Source: Deltaproteobacteria bacterium (GTDB lineage Bacteria > Myxococcota > SpSt-1050 > JACRCP01). Taken from it: DNA of 64,000 nucleotides. Every line of letters begins with the position of its first letter. Position 1 is the stretch's first letter. The translations under genes and the position numbers were made by a program. Location: positions 12,316-76,315 of the forward strand of contig JACRCP010000150.1 of the NCBI GenBank assembly GCA_016218965.1, in the 5' to 3' direction. Below, piece by piece: positions 38,234 through 46,101 of the stretch. Below the pieces are notes generated by a model, which did not search any database, was not told the DNA's origin, and saw nothing but the letters and a program-made list of their open reading frames with translations.

Positions 38234-39898
38234 CTACTCGGCCTTCATCCCTTCGTAGTGCGCCGCCTGCTGGTCGCACCACAGGACCTTCGATTCGCAC
38301 TCCTTGATGAACAGGCGGACCTTTTGGCCCTGTTGCAGGAGGCTCCTCCCCTCGTTCGCCTCCCTGGCCTCGCGGGCCTGTCTTTCGAGATCGGCGGCAA
38401 GCGCCCTGAGCCCCGGGAGCATGGCGGAGATCTTTTTGGCCTCGGCGCGCACCATTCCCGCCCTGGTCTTGCCGTCGAAGATATCACCCTGTCCCGAGAT
38501 GCCGTCCAGCTTGGCTTGGTTCTCCTTGAACATCCGCTCGTACTCGGCGAGTGACAGGGGTTTGGCCGATGGTTTCGGCGCCGCGGTCTCCTCGGCCGGG
38601 GGCTGCAGGACAAGCGACGCGACTTTTTTCTCGTCGCCCTTCATATCCCCAACCGCCTCGCTGGCGTGAGCGGCCATGCGGCCGAGCCCCTCGACCCTGG
38701 CCGAAACCGCGTTCCTGCGGACCATCTCGGGGACCTCGCGCCCCGCGGCGGCGGGCCTTGCCGTGTGGAGGTCATCGCGCGGAATCGGGGCCACCTTTCC
38801 TGCCGACGGCGCACCGGGAACCGGCGCGTACGCCGGCCCGGCATGCCCCGGTTTCGCCTTTGCGTCGAGCTCTTTGGCCTTCTTGACATTCTCTGCCGGT
38901 GCCATGACCCTTTCGCGCGCTTTCTTGACCTCGGCCTCGACCGCGTCGCGCGCGGACTTCGCGACGCCCGGCTCGGCCGCAAGCTCCTTCATCAACTGCC
39001 CGAGATACTCCATCTGCACTTCGGCGGCGTTCTGGACCGCCCGCACCTGCTCGATGGCCTCCGAAAAGGCCGCCTTCCTGCCGTCCCTCTCGGGATCTTC
39101 GGCCTTTTCGAGCGCCGTGTACGCGGCCTCGGCCTTTTCGAGCTTCTCGCGGGACGCACCGCCGGCGGCCCCGATCGCTTCGGAGAACGCCGCGGCCACG
39201 CGCACGGGGTCCTTGAGCACTTCAGCTTTCTTCTGCGAGAGCCATTGATCCCAGTCCGCGAGTTTCAGGTTCTCGGGCGCCGCGTCGATCCGGCCGGCCT
39301 CCACGACGACCTCGCGCTGTTTCTCGACCGTGCGGGACGCCGTCCTCGTCCTCACCTCGACCACACCGTCCTCGACGCCGACCCTTGTCGAGCCGTCGGC
39401 CGCCGCGGCAACGTGGAACTGCGTGCCGCGCACACCGGCGACGGCGGTCGGCGTCGTCACCTCGAGGCGCAGGCCGCCGGCGAGCTTGGCGACCGTCAAC
39501 CAGATTCGGCCCATGACCAGTCCGATCTCTTGCGTCTTCGCGCCGGCCATCTCGACATCGCCGAGCCTGACGAACGCCCCGGGACCGATCTTGAGAACGG
39601 TGCCCGTTTGGAATTCGATCGCGGCCGAGCCGTCCTTTTCGCAAATCACGGCGTCCTCACCCTGGAGCGCGGTACCGGCGGGAGCGGGCGCCGTTTCGGC
39701 TCCGCGGCGGAACTTCACCCCGCCCGCGGACTCGCGCACGACGGCGAACGCCGCCGTGACAACCGGCGGTTGCGACACCGCCTGAACGGCTGGCTTGGCC
39801 GCCTCAGGGCCCGCCGGCGCCTTTTTTGCCTCTTCCGCCGTGCACGCGAAGATCGCTACCAACCCGATCAACAGAACCGCCACGATGGAACTTTTCAT
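38234..39898 (-). CDS. FecR-domain lipoprotein with long coiled-coil region
   Basis: Lipobox IFAC and FecR signature TPTAVAGVRGTQF; TATAAT upstream at 39979-39984. Confidence 0.85.
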   Translation of the reverse strand: MKSSIVAVLLIGLVAIFACTAEEAKKAPAGPEAAKPAVQAVSQPPVVTAAFAVVRESAGGVKFRRGAETAPAPAGTALQGEDAVICEKDGSAAIEFQTGTVLKIGPGAFVRLGDVEMAGAKTQEIGLVMGRIWLTVAKLAGGLRLEVTTPTAVAGVRGTQFHVAAAADGSTRVGVEDGVVEVRTRTASRTVEKQREVVVEAGRIDAAPENLKLADWDQWLSQKKAEVLKDPVRVAAAFSEAIGAAGGASREKLEKAEAAYTALEKAEDPERDGRKAAFSEAIEQVRAVQNAAEVQMEYLGQLMKELAAEPGVAKSARDAVEAEVKKARERVMAPAENVKKAKELDAKAKPGHAGPAYAPVPGAPSAGKVAPIPRDDLHTARPAAAGREVPEMVRRNAVSARVEGLGRMAAHASEAVGDMKGDEKKVASLVLQPPAEETAAPKPSAKPLSLAEYERMFKENQAKLDGISGQGDIFDGKTRAGMVRAEAKKISAMLPGLRALAADLERQAREAREANEGRSLLQQGQKVRLFIKECESKVLWCDQQAAHYEGMKAE

Positions 39899-40074
39899 CA
39901 GCCTGCCTCCCGTCCCCCGGGGGATCCGGTTCCCCGCAGGGCACTTTGCCGCATTGTCCCGAAACCCGCCACAGACGCATTATAGCCCGATTTTCCGTTT
40001 TTTAAAGACCAGTTTTCCGCCGCGGCGTTTTCTCGCAATTTCGCCAACTCCTCCCCGGAAACTCCCGACAGTTT

Positions 40075-40686
40075 CTATGTCCCCACCTGCGCGCAGCCGC
40101 AGCCCGCGGGTTCGATGATCACTTCTTGGCCCGAGTCGGCGGCCCGTGCGCCGGCGTCGGTTTGCGCGTCAGGCGTCAACGCCGCATCGTGAACAGCTTC
40201 GGCGTCTGCGTCTCCCGTCGCTGCATCTTCCATCTCTGCGCCGCCGTCCAGCTCCGCCTCACCCCCGCCGGCTTCCCCGTCGAAACCAGCCTCTGCGACG
40301 TCGTCGCCCGCACCGTCAAATCCACCGTCCACCCCCACATCCCACGGCCCCGTCACACAGTTTCCCTTCCCGTCACAGTGGTCTTCGGTGGTCGCCGGAT
40401 CCCCGTCGTCGCAGAAGACGCCCTCGTTCATGATTACTGCCGTGCCATTGCTCTGTCGCACTTTGCACCACGACGCGATGCCGGTCTTGAGGATTAGTGC
40501 TGTACTCGCACTATGTGCATATTCTGGATATGTTTCATAACAGGTCTCCCAATAACCGCCTGTAAATAGCACGTCGCCGCTCGGCATCGGCGTCGCGACC
40601 TGCCCACTTGCCAAACGGCAACCGTTCGGAAATTCATAGGTGGGAACCGGGGTGATCTCGAATGTGGTCAATACCAAAACCCGCAC
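40075..40686 (-). pseudogene. Probable 5'-truncated remnant of a surface protein (kelch-like blade, CDDGDP Cys repeat, DAG linker, terminal GCGC)
   Basis: ATPMPSGDVLFTGG, CDDGDPATTEDHCDGKGNC; ends GCGCAQVGT with no TM; no signal peptide; AT-richer 5' half. Confidence 0.5.
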
Positions 40687-40777
40687 GCGGGCTCAATCAA
40701 AATCGTGGGGTTGCCGTGTGTTCTTGTGTGTGTTCTTGTTGCACTAGGCCGGGTTCGGCGGTAACATCTGCGGCGAC

Positions 40778-40942
40778 GTACCGCCGAGTCCCGCGAACGC
40801 GGGAGCGGGGGAACCAGCGTCCCGGTTTGATGGTCGAGTCGTCGCCGGGACAGGGGCGCATCGAAGGGGAAGAAAAGTCCCCGACGTAGGGCAACTCTTC
40901 GGCCCAAGCCCGTCAGCTAACCTCGCAGGCGTCGAAGGGGAG
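40778..40942 (+). ncRNA. c-di-AMP riboswitch (ydaO/yuaA class)
   Basis: Conserved blocks CGCCGAGTCC..GGAGCGGGGGAACC, GGGGCGCATC, GTAGGG..ACTCTTC, GGCCCAAGCCCGTCAGCTAACCTCGCAGGCG and GAAGGGGAG, 60 bp upstream of a YdaO/KimA homolog. Confidence 0.9.
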
Positions 40943-41002
40943 AACCTCCCGGACGGTCCGGAGGTCCATCCTCTGAAGGAAGGCCCCGAGGAGGTTCTGC
41001 CC

Positions 41003-43024
41003 ATGCCGCAGGATCTGTCCGCCAAACCCCCGCCGGAAGACAGCCCGGGCAATCGCGCGCCCGCCGAGCCTCCCGGCCCCCTGGACCGGCTCAAGACGAT
41101 CCTCTTCGGCCCGGCGCGTGACATCCGCGACAAGTCAATCTTCCACCGGCTGGCGCTGGTGCCCGTCCTCGCGTGGGTCGGGTTGGGGGCCGACGGCCTC
41201 TCTTCGTCCTCGTACGGACCGGAAGAGGCGTTCCGCACGCTGGGCAGGCACACATATCTCGCCCTGGGCATCGCGGCGCTGATGACCGTCACGATCCTGC
41301 TCATCTCGGCGGCGTACAGCCGGATAATCGAGGAGTTCCCCCACGGCGGCGGGGGGTACGTCGTCGCAAGCAAACTCCTGGGCGCCCGCGCAGGGGTCGT
41401 GTCAGGCTCCGCCCTTGTCGTGGACTACGTGCTCACGATCTCGGTTTCGGTCGCGGCCTCGACCGATGCCATGTTTTCTTTTCTCCCGCCGCAATGGCTC
41501 CCGTACAAGCTGTGGGCCGCCGCCGCCGCAATCATCGTTCTTTCGGTCCTCAACATCCGCGGCGTTCGCGAGTCGATCCTCGTGCTGGCGCCCATCTTCG
41601 TCCTCTTTCTGGCGACACACGTGGTTCTGATTGCCGGAGGCCTTGCCATGAACGTTCCGGCGACGGCGGAGGCCGCAGGACGGGCGGCAGCCGATTTCCG
41701 CGGCGGACTCGCGACCCTGGGTGCGGGCGGGATGCTGCTGCTTTTCCTCCACGCGTATTCGATGGGCGGCGGGACGTACACCGGAATCGAGGCGGTGGCG
41801 AACGGCCTTTCGATCCTGCGCGAGCCCAAGGTCCAGACGGGCAAACGCACAATGGCATACATGGCCGTCTCGCTCGCGGCCACCGCGTCCGGTCTCATGG
41901 TCTTGTATCTCCTTCTCGGCGTCACTCCGGTCGAGGGGAAGACGATGAACGCCGTACTCGCCGAGAGCTTCGCCGGCCCGTCAACGCTCGGGCGGTCCTT
42001 TGTGGTCGCGATCCTTCTGGCCGAGGCGGCCCTGCTTGTCGTCGCGGCCCAAGCCGGGTTCATGGGCGGCCCGGCGGTCCTCGCGAACATGGCCATGGAC
42101 TATTGGGTCCCGCGAAGGTTCTCGTCGCTCTCCGACCGCCTGACCACCCGGAACGGGATCGTCCTGATGGGTGCGGCCTCGCTGGCCTCGCTCATCTACA
42201 CTGGCGGCAGCGTCCGGCACCTGGTCGTCATGTACAGCATCAATGTGTTCCTGACCTTTTCGATGTCGATGTTCGGAATGGCGCGGATGCTCGGTTCGCA
42301 CCGAGGGCAGCGCGCGAACTGGAGGCGCCGGTTTACGCTGTTCGCGTTCGGGTTTCTTATGTGTGCAACCATCCTCGGCGTCACGGTCGTCGAGAAGTTC
42401 CCCGAAGGCGGCTGGCTCACGCTTGCCGTGACCGGAGGTCTGGTCATGTTGTGCCTCGTGATCCGCCGCCACTACCGCATGGTGGCGTCGAAGCTTTCGG
42501 AGCTCGACGTGCTTCTCACCACTGCGCCGCGCCACCCCGATACCGCGCCGACGGAAACCGATCCGGATGCGCCGACGGCGGCGGTCCTCGTGGCGGGCTA
42601 CGGCGGCCTCGGCGTGCACACGGTGCTCAACATCGTCAGGATGTTCCCCGGGCATTACAGGAACGTCGTCTTCCTGTCGGTGGGCGAGATCGGGTCCGGG
42701 GCGTTCAAGGGCGAGCGCTCGATTGACGAGCTCGCCGCGCGAGCAGAGGCATCGCTCGCGAAGTACCGCTCGCTCGCCAAGGGGATGGGCCTTGGCACCC
42801 AGTCGCGGCTCGCGCTGGGCACCGACGTGGTGGAGGAGGCCGAGAAGCTCTGCCTCGCCGTGTCGCGCGAGTTTCCCAAGGTCACCTTCTTCGCGGGCAA
42901 GGTCATCTTTGAGCGCGAGCGGTGGTGGCACCGCATACTCCACAACGACATGGGATTCGTGCTACAAAAGCGTTTGCAGTGGGATGGACACACGATGGTG
43001 ATAGTACCCGCGAAAGTTGCTTGA
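41003..43024 (+). CDS. kimA: APC-superfamily KimA/YdaO-like potassium transporter
   Basis: ADGLSSSSYGPEE, FPHGGGGYVVA, ALVVDYVLTISVS and TGIEAVANG; about 12 TM plus a cytoplasmic C-terminal domain; ydaO riboswitch upstream. Confidence 0.8.
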   Translation: MPQDLSAKPPPEDSPGNRAPAEPPGPLDRLKTILFGPARDIRDKSIFHRLALVPVLAWVGLGADGLSSSSYGPEEAFRTLGRHTYLALGIAALMTVTILLISAAYSRIIEEFPHGGGGYVVASKLLGARAGVVSGSALVVDYVLTISVSVAASTDAMFSFLPPQWLPYKLWAAAAAIIVLSVLNIRGVRESILVLAPIFVLFLATHVVLIAGGLAMNVPATAEAAGRAAADFRGGLATLGAGGMLLLFLHAYSMGGGTYTGIEAVANGLSILREPKVQTGKRTMAYMAVSLAATASGLMVLYLLLGVTPVEGKTMNAVLAESFAGPSTLGRSFVVAILLAEAALLVVAAQAGFMGGPAVLANMAMDYWVPRRFSSLSDRLTTRNGIVLMGAASLASLIYTGGSVRHLVVMYSINVFLTFSMSMFGMARMLGSHRGQRANWRRRFTLFAFGFLMCATILGVTVVEKFPEGGWLTLAVTGGLVMLCLVIRRHYRMVASKLSELDVLLTTAPRHPDTAPTETDPDAPTAAVLVAGYGGLGVHTVLNIVRMFPGHYRNVVFLSVGEIGSGAFKGERSIDELAARAEASLAKYRSLAKGMGLGTQSRLALGTDVVEEAEKLCLAVSREFPKVTFFAGKVIFERERWWHRILHNDMGFVLQKRLQWDGHTMVIVPAKVA

Positions 43025-43037
43025 GAGGTGAGAAAGG

Positions 43038-45518
43038 ATGATGACGCGCGCATTGATGGTCGGGGCGGTGGCACTCCTGATCGCCGGAACGGCGTGCGGG
43101 GACCGGAGCGTCGACGTGGGCCCCACCGACGCAGGCGTCCACGATGCGTCCGAGTTGTCAGACGGGTCCGACCTGTCCGACGGTTCCGCGCCCGACGCCG
43201 GCGCGCTCCCCGACACGGTCTACTGGAAACAGCCGGACGTGCTTACGCTTGACGACCCGTTCTACGCGTCACACCCCGCCGTCTTCGGCAGGATGGGCCG
43301 GCACGTCACGCACGTCAAGGGCGAGCCGCGGCCTGACGCCCGGCATCGCGGGTCTTTCGGCACGGGAAACGGACGCGTTTTCGGGTTCGTGGGTCTCGAC
43401 TATCCCTTGAACACGCTCCACAGTCTGGTCGGCCCCACGTACGAGAAAAAAAACGAGAGGTTCTTCGGAGACTACCGGATCTTCCTGCGCGATGCTGGCA
43501 GCGACGATCTTCCGGATTTCCAAGAGGAATGGGCGGCCCGAAGCCTTTCGGCCCCGGTCCTCGTGACGCGCGGGGTCCGCGGCGGACTCGAGCTCGACAC
43601 CGTGGACTTCGCGGCGGCCGCCGACGGACCTCTTGGGACGTGCTTCGTTCGGCTGTTGAATGTGAGGAACCGGGGGACGACGGCCTCCCCGGCGCTCGAG
43701 ATCGTGGTGGATCCCCACAACGCGGTCTCATCCCCCGAAACCGGCGTCATCGTCGAGGCGGCCGAGGGGCGGGGCCTCACGACGAGATTCACCCTGCCCG
43801 GGGCGGAGGTCCGGAAGAGCCGCCTCATCAAGAACATCGGCGAGCTCGCCCCCGGCGCGGTGCACACGACGGCCCTTCTCCACTGCACAAAGGAAAACCA
43901 CGAGGCCGCCGCCGCTCTGGAGTTCGATCCCGGAAACGCGCTCGAAGAGGCCGCGGCGGCCTACCGGACGTGGGAGGCGGGCCTGGTCCAGTTCGATCTG
44001 CCGGACCCGATGGTTGCGGACTTCCTGGACGGCATGAAGATGACCCTCAAGGTCCAGACGGCCGCGACCGGCGCCTCGTGCCCGATGTCGGAATACACGA
44101 GGACGTGGACGCGCGACAACATCGGGCCGGCTCTAGCGTGGCTCGACCTCGGCGCCTTCGAAGATGCCGCGGTCATGATGGACTACATCTACGGTGCCAC
44201 GGTTCTGGAGGGCGACCTCCAGAACTCGTACGACGCCGACCTCGACCTGTCCGTGCTCCCCCCCGAGCCCGACTGGATCTCGATGCCGGCCATGATCGGA
44301 AAGACCGCGGCCGAAGGGCCGAGCTACAACGTCATCACGTACGGCCGGCACTTCCGGCACACCGGCGACGTTTCGCGCGCCGCCGCCCGGTTTGGATTCC
44401 TTTGGCGCTGCCTCTTCGGCCAGGGGTTCGGCGATTTCAAGCTCCTGCCGTATTCGGGGGACGAAACGTACCGGGCCGCGATGAACGCCGCGTTCGGGCT
44501 GCCGCTCGAGTTCCCGCACCACGAGAAGTCCTTCTCGGTCAACTCGTCTCTTCTGTGGCTGGGAGCCGCGGGCGAATTCCAACGGCTTGCGAAGGCCGTC
44601 GGCAGAGACGACGATGCCGAGCTGGCCCGCATCGCATCGGTCGAGGTCCAGGCCGGGACGATGGACCATTTCCTGCTGCCGGACGGGTGCCTGAGCGCGT
44701 TCGTGGACCGCGAAACGATGGATGCGTGGCCCGAGCCGTTCGAGGACGAGGCCCTGCAGGTCACGTGGAGCGGCTGGAAGGACGGCGACGACGATCTCGC
44801 GCGCTCGTCGCTCGGTTGCCTGATAGGCCGGCTGAGGCGCGAGCCGGGCGTGCTGATGAGCAAGCTCGACCCGAAGTACACTGACTGGTTCAACAACGCG
44901 AAGAAGGGGGTCTATACCGGGATGCTCCCGGGCTACACCCTCTCGGGCCTCGCCGAGATCGGCCACCCCGAGGCCGAGGCGGCGTTCAATTTCGCCGGGA
45001 GGAGCATCGACACGTCCGGGAACTTGCCGGAGTATTTGATCTACGACGATTTCTCGGGCCTCACGATCATCTACGACCCCGCAGGCGGGATTGGCGACTA
45101 CACCGCCAAGTTCAGACCGTGGGAGGGCGGGATCGTCTTCGATGCGGTTTTCAAGTACCTGACCGGTTTCGCCCCGGATGCCTTGGCAAAAACGATTTCC
45201 TTCCGGCCGCACCTTCCCAACGGCTGGCCGCAGGCGGCGTACCGGAACCTCCGCGTCGGCGAAGACCGGTTCGATCTTGAGTTGACGGGAACCGGCGCCG
45301 CTTCGGCGGAGATCAAGATCGTCTCGCGCGCCGCCACGGACTACTCGGTGTCATTGAGATGGGACGCCATGGGCGGAACGAAACCCGCGTTCGAGATCGA
45401 CGGGACGGCCATCGCCGAAAGGGATGTGATCAGACGCGCGCACTTCGGCGCGGTGTCGGGCGAGACGTCCTTGACCCTGCCGGCAGGCTCCACAAGCACC
45501 GCAACGGTGCGGTGGTGA
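43038..45518 (+). CDS. Lipoprotein with probable (alpha/alpha)6 glycoside hydrolase domain (GH15/GH65-like)
   Basis: Lipobox GTAC, DAG linker, YTRTWTRD, GNLPEY, RPWEGG and C-terminal I.F.PHLP.GW. Confidence 0.6.
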   Translation: MMTRALMVGAVALLIAGTACGDRSVDVGPTDAGVHDASELSDGSDLSDGSAPDAGALPDTVYWKQPDVLTLDDPFYASHPAVFGRMGRHVTHVKGEPRPDARHRGSFGTGNGRVFGFVGLDYPLNTLHSLVGPTYEKKNERFFGDYRIFLRDAGSDDLPDFQEEWAARSLSAPVLVTRGVRGGLELDTVDFAAAADGPLGTCFVRLLNVRNRGTTASPALEIVVDPHNAVSSPETGVIVEAAEGRGLTTRFTLPGAEVRKSRLIKNIGELAPGAVHTTALLHCTKENHEAAAALEFDPGNALEEAAAAYRTWEAGLVQFDLPDPMVADFLDGMKMTLKVQTAATGASCPMSEYTRTWTRDNIGPALAWLDLGAFEDAAVMMDYIYGATVLEGDLQNSYDADLDLSVLPPEPDWISMPAMIGKTAAEGPSYNVITYGRHFRHTGDVSRAAARFGFLWRCLFGQGFGDFKLLPYSGDETYRAAMNAAFGLPLEFPHHEKSFSVNSSLLWLGAAGEFQRLAKAVGRDDDAELARIASVEVQAGTMDHFLLPDGCLSAFVDRETMDAWPEPFEDEALQVTWSGWKDGDDDLARSSLGCLIGRLRREPGVLMSKLDPKYTDWFNNAKKGVYTGMLPGYTLSGLAEIGHPEAEAAFNFAGRSIDTSGNLPEYLIYDDFSGLTIIYDPAGGIGDYTAKFRPWEGGIVFDAVFKYLTGFAPDALAKTISFRPHLPNGWPQAAYRNLRVGEDRFDLELTGTGAASAEIKIVSRAATDYSVSLRWDAMGGTKPAFEIDGTAIAERDVIRRAHFGAVSGETSLTLPAGSTSTATVRW

Positions 45519-45552
45519 CCCTGCCGCGCCACGATTGCCGAAAGCGGACCGC

Positions 45553-45975
45553 TCACGCCTTGAGGACGAGGTAGACGATCAGACCGACGATGCCGGCCAT
45601 GACGATGCCGGCCAGGAGGCAGCCGGTGATGACGGTGCTGACCGCCGTGCGGACGGTGTTCTGGACGACGCCGCCGAGATTCACGGCCTGCCCGACCTGG
45701 CCCATGATCTGCCCCATGTCCCGCGCGGTGTTCGTCTGCTCGGGACGGATGTACTGCGCCTCCTTGCGGCGCTTCTCCTCTTCCTCGCGCTCGCGCCTTT
45801 CGCGCTCTTCGGCGAGGCGCCGCTCGCGCTCCTCGTGGAGCTTCTGGCGTTCTTCCTTTGAGAGCTTGACCTCGAGCGCGTTGCCGCAGAACTCGCAGGT
45901 AACGTGCGTCTGTCCCGGCGCCGGCGAAAGCGGCGCCCCGCAGTTGGGGCATTCCTTCTGTTCGACGTCCGCCAC
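45553..45975 (-). CDS. Zinc-ribbon, coiled-coil, C-terminal TM protein
   Basis: CPNCG...CEFCG, an E/R-rich helix and a hydrophobic C-terminus; GTG start after GGAGG. Confidence 0.7.
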   Translation of the reverse strand: MADVEQKECPNCGAPLSPAPGQTHVTCEFCGNALEVKLSKEERQKLHEERERRLAEERERREREEEEKRRKEAQYIRPEQTNTARDMGQIMGQVGQAVNLGGVVQNTVRTAVSTVITGCLLAGIVMAGIVGLIVYLVLKA

Positions 45976-46101
45976 GCGATGTCCCTCCTATCCGGCACCC
46001 GGCAACGCCAGGTAAACCACAGAGATCACAGAGTGAGTCAGTCCCGGTCGTTGTGTGAAGAGTGCCTGCGTCGCAAGAAACCCTGATCTCCGACAGTCCG
46101 G

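Noticed and set aside
39900..39978. Structured leader of the FecR lipoprotein gene as a c-di-GMP riboswitch
   Set aside because: GGCAAA is present, but the GAAA tetraloop/receptor and second stem pattern are not evident.
46017..46033. CACAGAGATCACAGAG short repeat
   Set aside because: Only two units; too short to support a functional call.
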